Shown in pieces: positions 9,155-20,135 of a DNA stretch of 28,429 nt (position 1 is its first letter; every line of letters starts with the position of its first letter). This stretch comes from Chiloscyllium plagiosum. Its lineage: Eukaryota. The notes below the pieces were generated by a model. That model was given only the letters and a program-made list of their open reading frames with translations, searched no databases and was not told the DNA's origin. The DNA lies in NCBI RefSeq assembly GCF_004010195.1, contig NW_025215346.1, positions 80,636 through 109,064 on the forward strand, written 5' to 3'. A program made the translations under genes and the position numbers.

Positions 9155-10620
9155 TGGGATGATACTGTGGCTTGAAGAGGTGTGTTTTGTCCTGGATTCT
9201 TTTAGTGAGAGATTGGGGGTCAGGTGCTGAGCTGCCTATGAGAAGATAAACAACTTGTGAAGCCTTGGGTGTGTTTTTTTCCAAAGCTGGAACAATAGAA
9301 GCAGCCTGGATGGGTGTAATTCAAGCTACAGCCCACAGAACCAAGGAGTTTTAGTTTTTAGTCTTCAGCAGCAGTTGCTGTTGGGGACAAATCTGTTTTC
9401 TGAATTTGCCTTTTGCCAAGGGATGTGTTTATGGGATGTTACTGTATTAGAACAGTTAATTAGTAACAGTTATTGTACCTATTAGAGTCTTAGAGTCCTA
9501 CAGCACAGAGACAGGCCCTTCGGCCTAAACCAGCCCATGCCAACCAAAATGTCCATCCACACTAACCCGATTTTCCTGCATTTGGCTCATATCCTGCTAA
9601 CTCTTTCCTATCCATTTATTTGTCCAAAGGCCTTTTAAATGTTAATGTATGTGCCTCAACCACTTCCACTGGCAGCTCATTCCATATGCGTACCACCCTC
9701 TGTGTAAAAACATTGTCCCTCAGATTTCCTTTTATTCTTTCCCCTCTAAGCTTAAACTGATGCTCTCGATTCCTCAACCCTGGGAAAAAGAGTGAGTGCA
9801 TTCACACTATCCATGTCGCTCACGATCTTATACGCTTCTGTAAGATCCCCCCTCAGTCTCCTACGCTCTAAAGAAAAAAGTCCCAGCTTATCTAACCTTT
9901 CCCTATAACTCAGACCCTTGAGTCCTGGTAACACCCTTGTAAGTTTCTTCTGTGTTCTCTCCAGTTTAATAACATTTTTCCTACAGCAAAATGACCAAAA
10001 CTGAACACAATACTCCAAGTGTATCCTCACCAACATCCTGTGCAACTGCAACATAACTTCCCAACTTCTATACTCAATGCCCTGATTAATGAAGGCCTTC
10101 TTCACTGCCCTATTTACCTGTGACCCCACATTCAGAGAGCCGTGCACCTGAACTCCAAGGTCCCTGTGTTCTACTACACTCCATAAGGCCCTACCATTCA
10201 CCGTGAAACTTCTACCTTGATTTGACTTTCCAAAATGCAAGACCTCGCACCTATCTATATTAAACTCCATTTGCTATTTCTCGGCCCACTTCCCCAGCTG
10301 ATCAAGGTCCTGCTGCAATTTCTGAGAACCTTCCTCCCTTTCCATGATACCGCCTATCTTAGTGTCATCTGCAATTATCATTATTAATGTTAAATTATTA
10401 ATGTTTTCCAATAAAGCTAGGTTATTCCAAGTTCCTCTCTCTTTTGCTGTATTTTAACTATAGTGTTTGAATAAATCAATTTTGCTTAACATTGAACAGC
10501 TTGACCAATTCAATTGCATTTGGAACGCAGCATCTCACATTCACTGTTAAAATAGTAAAACGTTAGGGACTGGGCCACCTTCTTAATATATTTTGAGGAG
10601 ATCCAGTCTAGTGCATAACA
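9155..10620 (+). mobile_element. Possible solo LTR (TG...CATAACA), interrupted by a CR1
   Basis: Two non-coding halves (9155-9482, 10375-10620) flank the CR1, with AATAAA signals in the 3' half and a CATAACA end. No convincing TSD, and the start is uncertain. Confidence 0.35.
9483..10374 (-). mobile_element. 5'-truncated CR1 LINE (RT from ADDTKIGG to the 3' tail)
   Basis: ORF 9752-10270 (CEVLHFG...HLEYCVQFWS...RRLRGDL), ORF 9616-9801 (FTQRVVRIWNELP), GACTCTAA tail. Confidence 0.95.
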
Positions 10621-10835
10621 CTTAGGATTCCCTCTGATGCTTGTGGTCTCCCTCGGAAACAGCCTCGTATTGAGCACTCATACAATGAAAGCCACTGAAG
10701 CACCCCAGGTATATCGCAGAGCAGGATGTTACTGGGGTGCTGGATAGAGCTTCGGATGCTTCAACTGCTCAGGGTTACTGGGCTGAGATTGTAAAGATTT
10801 ACTGAGGTTCCCCAATCTGATACAGGCGAGCGATC

Positions 10836-11020
10836 AAATAAAAACAAACAGCTGTGAGGCTGGAGATCTGAAATAGAAACTTTAAGGGCTGCTTGGGGAG
10901 GTGGGGGGGATATGCAGCGCCCGAGAAGAGAGAAACAGAGTTAACATTTCCAATCCAGAACTCCCTCTCCACGGGCGCTGCCGACTCTGCTGGGTTTCTT
11001 TGGCAGTTTATGTGTTTGAC
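10836..11020. mobile_element. Old Penelope-like tail fragments in both orientations
   Basis: GCTGGAGATCTGAAATAGAAAC and GAGAAACAGAGTTAACATTTC (reverse), then CTCTCCACGGGCGCTGCCGAC (forward), all resembling 4544-4677. Confidence 0.45.
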
Positions 11021-11434
11021 ATGAAAGATTGAAAGTTCCCACCAAGGGTTCGATGGTGCAGGAGGAAGGGAACCGAATGAATACCAGGGGAGTGGACCTC
11101 ATTTGTGAGAGATGCCCTCCACCAACAGAACTCCGGAATGGTATTGCCCCACGATGTACCATCCACAACAGAGGAGCCCTTCAGTTACACTCAATCCTTA
11201 CAGTGCTTTCATTGTGAAGCTCACAATTAAAACAGAGCTACCATTCTTTCTGAGTTATCTACATGGCAAAAAAAAGGAAAGTATTCTGCAGACTTACAAA
11301 TATGAAATTATGTACTCAGAGTTTTACCCTTGGTGTTGGCCTTGAAATGTTCTAACCTATTTGGATGCCTCTATGAACAGCAGCCGCAAGTGAGCTGAAT
11401 GGCGCTGACAATCTGGGAAAGACAGTTCAGATTA

Positions 11435-11545
11435 GGGGGAGACAGTGGCCTAGTAGTATTAAACTATGAAATCAGAAACTCAGCTCATGTTCCAGGGACC
11501 CAGGTTCAAATCCAGCTGAGGCAAATGGTAGAATTTAAATTCAGT
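11435..11545 (+). mobile_element. SINE family B 5' head
   Basis: TGGCCTAGTAG A-box-like, GGTTCAAATCC B box, ATGGTAGAATTTAAATTCA. Reverse-complement match to 6060-6167. Confidence 0.75.
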
Positions 11546-11546
11546 T

Positions 11547-11865
11547 GGGGTGCTATGGAGGCTCAGTGGTTAACACTTCCTCACAGTGCTAAGGACCCAG
11601 GTTCGATTCCAGCCTCAGGCGACTGTCTGAGTGGCGTTTAGACATTCTCCCCGTGTCTGTGTGGGTTTCCACCGGTGCTCCGGTTTCCTACCACAATCCA
11701 AAGATGTGCTGGTTCGGTAATATTGGCAATGCTAAATTGCCCATAGTGTTCAGGGACGTGTAAGTTAGGTGCATTAATCAAGGGGAAATGTAAAGTAGTA
11801 GGGTAGGGGAATGGGTCTGGGTGGGATATTCTTTGGAGGGTCCATGTGGATTTGTTGGGCCAAAT
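11547..11865 (+). mobile_element. HE1-type V-SINE, cut by an assembly gap
   Basis: GGCTCAGTGG, GGTTCGATTCC, V-domain. Confidence 0.9.
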
Positions 11866-12365
11866 NNNNNNNNNNNNNNNNNNNNNNNNNNNNNNNNNNN
11901 NNNNNNNNNNNNNNNNNNNNNNNNNNNNNNNNNNNNNNNNNNNNNNNNNNNNNNNNNNNNNNNNNNNNNNNNNNNNNNNNNNNNNNNNNNNNNNNNNNNN
12001 NNNNNNNNNNNNNNNNNNNNNNNNNNNNNNNNNNNNNNNNNNNNNNNNNNNNNNNNNNNNNNNNNNNNNNNNNNNNNNNNNNNNNNNNNNNNNNNNNNNN
12101 NNNNNNNNNNNNNNNNNNNNNNNNNNNNNNNNNNNNNNNNNNNNNNNNNNNNNNNNNNNNNNNNNNNNNNNNNNNNNNNNNNNNNNNNNNNNNNNNNNNN
12201 NNNNNNNNNNNNNNNNNNNNNNNNNNNNNNNNNNNNNNNNNNNNNNNNNNNNNNNNNNNNNNNNNNNNNNNNNNNNNNNNNNNNNNNNNNNNNNNNNNNN
12301 NNNNNNNNNNNNNNNNNNNNNNNNNNNNNNNNNNNNNNNNNNNNNNNNNNNNNNNNNNNNNNNNN
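11866..12365. other. Assembly gap (500 N)
   Basis: N run. Confidence 1.
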
Positions 12366-13546
12366 CAGAACATGGTCAGGAACATGGGACTGGGATATCA
12401 TAGCAATTACAGAAACATGGCTCCGGGATGGGCAGGACTGGCAGCTTAATATTCCAAGATACAAATGCTACAGGAAGGATATAAAGGGAGACAAGAGAGG
12501 AGGGGGAGTGGCAGTTTTGATAAAGGATAGCATTACAGCTGTGCTGAGGGAGGATATTCCTCCAGGGACGTTATTTGGGTGGAACTCTGAAATAAGAAAG
12601 GGATGATCACCTTATTGGGATTGTATTATAGACCCCCTAATAGTCAATGGAAAATTGAGAAACAAACTTGTAAGGAGATTTCAGTTATCTGTAAGAATAC
12701 CAGGGTGGTTATGGTGGGGGATTTTAACTTTACAGACATAGACTGGGACTGCCACAGTATTAAGGGTTTAAATGGAGAGGAATTTGTTAAGTGTGTATAA
12801 GAAAGTTTTCTGATTCAGTATGTGGTTGTACCTACTAGAGAAGGTGCGAAGCTTAACCTACTCTTGGGAAATAAGACAGGGCAGGTGTCTGAGGTTTTAG
12901 TGGGGGAGCACTTTGGAACCAGTGACCATAATTCTATTAGTCTTTAAACAGCGATGGAAAAGGATAGAACGGATGTAAAAGTTGAAGTTTAAAACTGGAG
13001 GAAGGCTAATTTTGACAGTATTAGGCAAGAACTTTCAAAAGCTGACCTGGGGGCAGACGTTCGGAGGTAAAGAGACGGCTGGAAAATGGGAAGCTTTCAG
13101 AAATAAGATAATGAGAGTTTAGAGACGGGATATTCCTGTTAGGGTGAAAGGAAAGGCTGGTAGGTATAGGGAATGCTGAATGACCCAAGAAATTGGGGTT
13201 TTGGTTAAGAAACATAAGGAAGCATATGTCAGGTATAGACAGCAGAGATTGAGTGAATCCTTAGAAGAGTATAAAGGCAGTAGGAGTATACTTAAGAGGG
13301 AAATCAGGAGGGCAAAAATGGGACATGAGATAGCTTTGGCAAATAGAGTTAAGGAGAATCCAAAGGGTTTTTACAAATACATTACGGACAAAAGGGTAAC
13401 TAGGGAGAGAATAGGGTCTCTCAAAGATCAGGAAGTCAGACTATGTGTGGAGCCGCAGGAGATGGGAGAGATACTAAATGAGCATTTTGCATCAGTGTTT
13501 ACTGTGGAGGAGGACATGAAAGACATAGAATGTAGGGAAATAGATG

Positions 13547-13630
13547 AAAAATGAGGTAAAAACAATGACTGCAGATGCTGGAAACCAGATTCTGGATCAG
13601 TGGTGCTGGAAGAGCACAGCAATTCAGGCA
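13547..13630 (-). mobile_element. Penelope-like tail fragment
   Basis: CTGCAGATGCTGGAAACCAG...GTGGTGCTGGAAGAGCACAGCAATTCAGGCA matches the reverse complement of 20270-20347. Confidence 0.7.
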
Positions 13631-13930
13631 TCAGTTTCAGCTGTCCGCTGTAGTGGTTGGTATATTGGGTCCAGGTCGATGTGTTTGTTGATGGAGTTTG
13701 TGGATGAATGCCATGCCTCTAGGAATTCCCTGGCTGTTCTCTGTCTGGCTTGCCCTATGATAGTAGTGTTGTCCCAGTCGAATTCATGTTGCTTGTTGTC
13801 TGCGTGTGTGGCTACTAAGGATAGCTGGTCGTGTCGTTTCGTGGCTAGTTGATGTTCATGTATGCGGATTGTTAGCTGTCTTCCTGTTTGTCCTATATAG
13901 TGTTTAGTGCAGTCCTTGCATGGTATTTTG
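13631..13930 (-). mobile_element. Penelope-like element GIY-YIG endonuclease fragment
   Basis: Stop-free KIPCKDCTKHYIGQTGRQLTIRIHEHQ...REFLEAWHS...IN: CxxC before YIG, R..EH, conserved E and N typical of PLE endonucleases. Confidence 0.9.
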
Positions 13931-13984
13931 GAAGGACGAAACGTTTGCAACAAAAACTTCCAGCTCGGCGAACAGAACCACAGC
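13931..13984 (+). mobile_element. Inverted Penelope pLTR end with half a hammerhead
   Basis: GGAC-GAAACGTT-TGCA at 13934-13949, opposite in orientation to the adjacent GIY-YIG fragment. The CUGA half is absent. Confidence 0.55.
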
Positions 13985-14199
13985 ATAGACCAGTGAGCCT
14001 GACGTTGGTGGTGGGCAAGTTGTTGGAGGGAATCCTGAGGGACAGGATTTACATGTATTTGGAAAGGCAAGGACTAATTAGGGAGAGTCAGCATGGACTT
14101 GTGCATAGGAAATCATGTCTCATGAACCTGAGTTTTTTGAAAAAGTAACAAAGAGGATTGATGAGGGCAGAGTAGTGGACATGATCTATATGGACTTCA

Positions 14200-15707
14200 T
14201 AAAACCATAAGACATAGGAGTGGAAGTAAGGCCATTCAGCCCATCGGGTACACTCCGCCAATCAATCATGGCTGATGGGCATTTCAACTCCACTTATCAG
14301 CATTCTTCCAGTAGTCCTTAATTCCTTGTGACATCAAGAATTTATCAATTTCTGCCTTGAAGACATTTAGCGTCCCGGCCTCCACTGCACTCTGTGGCAA
14401 TGAATTCCACAGACCCACCACTCTGGCTGAAGAAAAAGCTCCGCATTTCTGTTCTGAATTTACCCCCTCTAATTCTAAGGCTGTGTCCACGGGTCCTAGT
14501 CTCCTCACCTAACGGAAACAATTTCCTAGCGTCCACCCTTTCCAAGCCATGTATTATCTTGTAAGTTTCTATTAGATCTCCCCTTAACCTTCTAAACTCC
14601 AATGAATACAATCCCAGGATCCTCAGCTGTTCCTCGTATGTTAGACCTACCATTCCAGGGATCATCCGTGTGAATCTCCGTTGGACACGCTCCAGTGCCA
14701 GTATGTCCTTCCTGAGGTGTGCGACCAAAACTGGACACAGTACTCCAAATGGCGCCTAACTAGAGCTTTATAAAGTCTCAGTAGCACAACGGTGCTTTTA
14801 TATTCCAACCCTCTTGAGGTAAATGACAACATTGCATTCGCTTTCTTAATCGCGGACTCAACCTGCATGTTTACCTTTAGAGAATCCTCGACTATCACTC
14901 CCAGATCCCTCTGTACTTTGGCTTTACGAATTTTCTCACCGTTTAGAAAGTAGTCCATGCTTGTATTCTTTTTTCCAAAGTGCAAGACCTCGCATTTGCT
15001 CACATTGAATTCCATCAGCCATTTCCTGGACCACTCCTCCAAACTGTCTAGATCCTTCTGCAGCCTCCCCACTTCCTCAGTACTACCTGCCTGTCCACCT
15101 AACTTCGTATCATCGGCAAACTTCACTAGAATGTCCCCAGTCCCTTCATCNNNNNNNNNNNNNNNNNNNNNNNNNNNNNNNNNNNNNNNNNNNNNNNNNN
15201 NNNNNNNNNNNNNNNNNNNNNNNNNNNNNNNNNNNNNNNNNNNNNNNNNNNNNNNNNNNNNNNNNNNNNNNNNNNNNNNNNNNNNNNNNNNNNNNNNNNN
15301 NNNNNNNNNNNNNNNNNNNNNNNNNNNNNNNNNNNNNNNNNNNNNNNNNNNNNNNNNNNNNNNNNNNNNNNTGACTCTTGACAGATCTCAACCAATGCCT
15401 CTGCTATTTCCTCAGCCTCCTCTCTCAGAACTCTAGGGTGTATCCCATCGGGGCCAGGAGATTTATCAATTTTAAGACTTTTTAACTTTTCTAGCACTAT
15501 CTCTTTCGTAATGGCAACCATACTCAACTCAGCCCCGTGACACCCTTTAATTTTTGGGATATTACTCATGTCTTCCACTGTGAAGACTGATGCAAAGTAC
15601 TTGTTAAGTTCACCTGCTATTTCCTTATCTCCCATCACTAGGCTTCCAGCATCAGTTTGAAGTGGCCCAATGTCTACTTTTGCCTGTCGTTTGTTTCTTA
15701 TGTATTT
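14200..15707 (-). mobile_element. Younger 5'-truncated CR1 nested in the plus-strand CR1, 5-bp TSD
   Basis: ORFs with KSPGPDGIHPRVL, KFADDTKLGG, HLEYCVQFWS. CTTCA is repeated at 14195-14199 and 15708-15712, and the host frame IYMDF/SKAF rejoins across the insert. Confidence 0.93.
15151..15371. other. Assembly gap (221 N)
   Basis: N run. Confidence 1.
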
Positions 15708-16848
15708 CTTCAGTAAGGCATTCAACAAGGTTCCCCATGAAAGACTGGTTAGCAAGGTTAGATCTCATGGAATACAGGGAGAACTAGCCATTTGGATACA
15801 GAACTGGCTCAAAGGTAGAAGACAGAGAGAGGCCTGTGACCAGTAGAGTTCCATAAGGATCGGTGTTGGGTCCTCTACTTTTTGTCATTTATATAAATGC
15901 TTTGGATGTGAACATAGGAGGTATAGTTAGTAAGTTTGCAGATAACACCAAAATTGGAGGTGTAGCGGACAGCAAAGAAAGTTACCTCAGATTACAATGG
16001 GATCTTGATCAGATGGGCCAATGGGCTGAGAAGTGGCAGATAGAGTTTAATTTCGAAAAATGCGAGATGCTGCATTTTGGAAAAGCAAATCTTAGCAGGA
16101 CTTATACACTTAATGGTAAGGTCCTGGAGAGTGTTGCTGAACAAAGAGACCTTAAAGTACAGGTACATAGATCCTTGAAAGTGGAGTCGCAGGTAGATAG
16201 GATAGTGAAGAAGATGTTTTGTATGCTTTCCTTTATTAGTCAGAGTATTCAGTATAGGAGTTGGGAGGTCATGTTGCGGGTATACAGGACATTGGTTAGG
16301 CCACTTTTGGAATATTGCATGCAATTCTGGTCTGCTTCCTATCGGAAGGATGTTGTGAAACTTGAAAGGGTTCAGAAAAGATTTACAAGGATGCTGCCAG
16401 GGTTGGAGGATTTGAGCTATAAGGAGAGGCTGAACAGGGTCTGGCTGTTTTCCCTGGAGCATCAGAGGCTGAGAGGTGACCTTATAGCGGTTTCTAAAAT
16501 CATGAGGGGCATGGATAGGGTAAATAAACAAGATCTTATGGGGTGGGTGAGTCTAGAACTAGAGGGCGTAGGTTTAGGGTGAGAGGGGAAAGATATAAAA
16601 GAGACCTAATGGGCAACATTTTCATGCAGAAGGTGGTATGTGTATGGAATGAGCTGCCAGAGAAAGTGGTGGAGGCTGGTACAATTGCAACATTTAAGAG
16701 GCATTTGGATGGGCATATGAATAAGAAGGATTTAGAGGGATATGGCAAAGTGCTGGCAAATGGAACTAGATCAGGTTGGGATATCTGGTCGGCATGGACA
16801 AGTCGGACTGAAGGGTCTGTTGCCATGCTGTATATCTCAATGATTCTC

Positions 16849-17205
16849 ACCATAACCCTTAATTCCTTTACTTTTGAAAAACCTATCTATCATTGCCTTA
16901 AATACACTCCACGAAGTAGCCTAAATGGCTTTGCTAGGCAGGGACTTCCACAGATTCACAACCCTTTGATTGAGCAAGTTCCTCCTCAACCCAGCCCTAA
17001 ATCTGCTCCCCCTTATTTTGAGGCTGTGCCCCCTAGTTCTAGTTTCACTCGGCAGTGGAAATAACCTCCCTGTTTCTATCTTATCTATTCCCTTCATAAT
17101 TTCATATGTTTCTATAAGATCACCTTACTCTCATTCTTCTAAATTCCAATGAGCTTGGTCCCAGTCTGCTCAATCTCTCCTCGTAAAGCAACCCTGTCAA
17201 GCCCG
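16849..17205 (-). mobile_element. CR1 3' fragment
   Basis: Reverse-strand landmarks TTCCACAGATTCACAACCCT, TTCTATAAGATCACC, TTCTAAATTCCAATGAG. Confidence 0.85.
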
Positions 17206-17694
17206 TCCCTGTGTAATGTTACTTGCGACCTGACAAGAGTTCATCTGCCTCTGTGTGCACATACCTGTCAGCCATTAAAGCAATTGAGCAAGGTTTAAAA
17301 TGTCAAGGCACCTTCAGATTCAATCTTGATGAAGGTGCGTGGGCCCCATGGTGTAATCCATCACTCCAACACCTGCCTGCAATCTGTCTCGAACGAGCTG
17401 TTTTGAAAGGTCGGAGTTCAGCAAGGCAGCAGCTGATCACTGCAATGTGGCCCGTTACCTGATCCCACTCACCTATTCTCAGGCTGTGAATTTGTTCCCA
17501 GCTGGCTCCCGGGGGATTCTCAGTTTTGTTTTAAGAACCAATGTCGGAAGCAAAGTGATCAATTATTCCTGAGGGAACAACAAGGGGTAAGGTGGTGGAA
17601 GGGAGGGAGAGGTTGGGCAGGACTCATATGACTGCAAGCCTCTCGGACCTGGTTACACAACACCCAGTTATAGTCCAACAGGTTTATTTGGAAG

Positions 17695-17729
17695 CACTAG
17701 TTTTCAGTGCGCTGCTCCTTCATCAGGTG
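17695..17729 (-). ncRNA. Minimal hammerhead motif, helix II and III mutated
   Basis: Minus strand reads CAC-CTGATGA-A-GGAGCAGCGCACT-GAAA-A-CTA^GTG. Confidence 0.5.
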
Positions 17730-17816
17730 GCTGTGGAGAATAAGACCATAAGAAAATTCCGTGCTACACAAGATCTTTTGCTATAAATTCTGTATCTAAT
17801 GGTCCTGCTTCACAAC

Positions 17817-17851
17817 CACCTGATGAAGGAGCAGTGCTTTGAAAGCTAGTG
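17817..17851 (+). ncRNA. Minimal type I hammerhead ribozyme motif (intact core)
   Basis: CAC-CTGATGA-A-GGAGC(AGT)GCTTT-GAAA-G-CTA^GTG: helix I CAC/GTG, helix II with two G.U pairs, palindromic helix III AGCU, CUA triplet. Confidence 0.7.
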
Positions 17852-18544
17852 CTTCCAAATAAACCTGTTGGACTATAACCTGGTGTTGTGCGATGTTTAA
17901 CTTTGTCAGCCCATTCAGACATACCTCTAGGGACATGAATCCAAGCTTTCTGGGTTAAGCGAACATGAACACTATGCCACAAGACCCTCTTTCTTCCCCT
18001 TCTGTTATGTTGACCATTTGACCCTACCCTTTTAATTTTAGAGATTCCTTTTATCACTCGCGTCTGTTTTAAGGTCAATCTATAATCTTTTCTCACTAGC
18101 ACCATTTGCTGAGTGGCAATTTTCCCACAATGAATGCTTATCTGTTATACATAAAGGGTATAGTGTCCACAGCACAACTTTCATGTCACTCAGGTCAGCC
18201 TGCTCTTTTGATGTTAGAACACTGAACGTGGAGATTAGAGGGCCACCTAATGATTCCCTACAGCCCTCAATAAAGGCCAAGTAATCAGCTAGTCCCAAGC
18301 CAAGCTGTTCCAGCCCAGTTACAGAATTCCCATCCATTCAGTAATGTGGAAGATTGCTTGGGTAATTCCTGACCACAAACATTAGGACAAATCCCAATCT
18401 GACCATGAGCTACCCCATCTATTGACTCTCAGTCTCATTTGGAAGATGGCGTCAAGAATGTTGTCAAGTGGCACTTACTGAGCGATAATCTGCTTCGCAA
18501 TGCTTGGCTTGGGGTCTGCAGGGTTCCATCCAGCTCGTGCCTTC

Positions 18545-19303
18545 ATTAATGGAATCAGTTTAGGTAAAGGGGCAGTACAAAGAGACCTGGGTGTTCTTGT
18601 ACACCAGTCAATGAAGGTAAGCATGCAGGTACAGCAGGTAGTGAAGAAGACTAATAGCATGCTGGCCTTCATAACAAGGGGGATTGACTATAGGAGCAAA
18701 GAGGTTCTTCTGCAGCTGTACAGGGCCCTGGTGAGACAACACCTGGAATACTGTGTGCAGTTCTGGTCTCCAAATTTGAGGAAAGACATTCTGGCTATTG
18801 AGGGAGTGCAGCGTAGGTTCATGAGGCCAATTCCTGGAATGGCGGGACTACCTTACGCTGAAAGATTGGAGCGACTGGGCTTGTATACCCTTGAGTTTAG
18901 AAGACTGAGAGGGGATCTGATTGAGACATATAAGATTATTAAAGATTGGACACTCTGGAGGCAGGACACATGTGTCCGCTGATGGGGGAGTGCCAAACTA
19001 GAGGACACAGCTTAAAAATACGGGGTAGACCATTTAGGACAGAGATAAAGAGAAACTTCTTCACCCAGAGAGTGGTGGCTGTATGGAATGCTCTTCCCCA
19101 GAGGGCAGTGGAGGCCCAGTCTCTGGATTCATTTAAGAAAGAGTTGGATAGAGCTCTCAAGGATAGTGAAATCAAGGGTTATGGAGATAAGGCAGGAACA
19201 GGATACTGATTAAGGATGATCAGCCATGATCATATTGAATGGTGGTGCAGGCTCGAAGGGCAGAATGGCCTACTCCTGCATCTATTGTCTATTGTCTTTT
19301 GTC
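18545..19303 (+). mobile_element. Young 5'-truncated CR1 LINE
   Basis: ORFs 18500-18982 and 18946-19209 join through one frameshift near 18944 (RDLGVLV...HLEYCVQFWSP...FFTQRVVAVWNALP). (TCTATTG)n tail. Confidence 0.95.
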
Positions 19304-19609
19304 AATTACAGCCGAGGTTGGTACGTGGACAAAAGGGCTGATTACTACAGGTGAAGTGTGAATTACTGCCTTCAACACCAAGCCAGCAATTAACTAACTT
19401 TGGAATCAAGGAGCTTGAGCTAAGTTGAACTCAATGGGAATTGTGGCATTTGTGAGTAGAAGGATACTGGCACCAATCCTCCTTCCTCTGACTGCAGCTC
19501 AAGGCCTAATTGGTTTCCAGTGGTAGAGGATTAACCACCACTAACTCTTAACGAGAGGCTGTTTTCTTAACAGGATGCAGATTACTGAATGACAGCAATG
19601 AGACCCAAG

Positions 19610-19718
19610 TTATTGTGGCACAGTGATAGTGTCCTTATCTCTCAGCCAGGAGACCCAGGTTCAAGTCCTGCTTACCTCAGACCTGTGTTGTAATGAGTGT
19701 GAATATGTCAATTAAACA
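19610..19718 (+). mobile_element. Short tRNA-headed SINE-like remnant (family C)
   Basis: TGGCACAGTGA A-box-like and GGTTCAAGTCC B box; downstream sequence unlike HE1 or family B. Confidence 0.5.
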
Positions 19719-19772
19719 TACCTTTGTTAGATGTTTCCTTCGCAGACTATGAGGAGACCCGTGGATAATAGG

Positions 19773-20080
19773 ATTATAGAATCCCTACGGTGTGGAAGCA
19801 GACCATTTGGCCCACGATGCCCACATCGACCCTCTAAAGAGTATCCCACCAAAACCCATTCCCCTACATTTATCCCTGACCAATGCAGCTAACCTACACA
19901 CCCCTGAACAATGGGCACTTTAGCACGGACAATTCACCTAACCTGTACATCTTTGGACTGTGGGAGGAAACCAGAGCTCCCGAAGGGACCCGCACAAACA
20001 CGGAGAATGTACAAACTCCACACAGATAGCCGCCCGAGGCTGGGATCAAACCCTGGTCTCTGGCAATGTGAGTCAACATG
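19773..20080 (-). mobile_element. HE1-type V-SINE lacking its extreme 5' end
   Basis: Reverse V-domain CATCTTTGGACTGTGGGAGGAAACC...CAAACTCCACACAG. Confidence 0.9.
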
Positions 20081-20135
20081 TGACCCTTAGGTGTCAATGC
20101 TTCCTGAAATTCTAAACTATTCTACCTTGTTTCCA

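Larger units (their letters stand above)
12366..16848 (+). mobile_element. Near-complete decayed CR1 ORF2 (APE endonuclease + RT + 3' end) hosting two nested insertions
   Basis: IIAITETWL, GGGVAVLIK, GLYYRPPNS, VMVGDFNF, SDHN (APE); NPKGFYKYI, RPVSLT, SQHG, IYMDF|SKAFNKVPH, LGPLLFVIYIN, KFADNTK (catalytic DD mutated to DN). Several stops and frameshifts. Confidence 0.95.
17656..17905. mobile_element. Foldback Penelope-like element: 83-bp inverted arms (17656-17738 and 17808-17890)
   Basis: Arms differ at about 8 of 83 positions by eye, and each arm holds a hammerhead motif. Confidence 0.85.

Noticed and set aside
11774..12606. Long ORFs of 185-261 aa
   Set aside because: They are translated N runs.
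15863..16582. 239-aa RT ORF as an active or domesticated gene
   Set aside because: Catalytic FADD is FADN, and the element is interrupted and has upstream stops.
17326..17346. TTGATGAAGG as another hammerhead
   Set aside because: Lacks the first C, helix II and the GAAA box.
3850..19660. CACAGTG heptamers (about 3850, 8023, 8806, 19619) as V(D)J recombination signals
   Set aside because: No ACAAAAACC-like nonamer at 12 or 23 nt spacing and no V or J segments.
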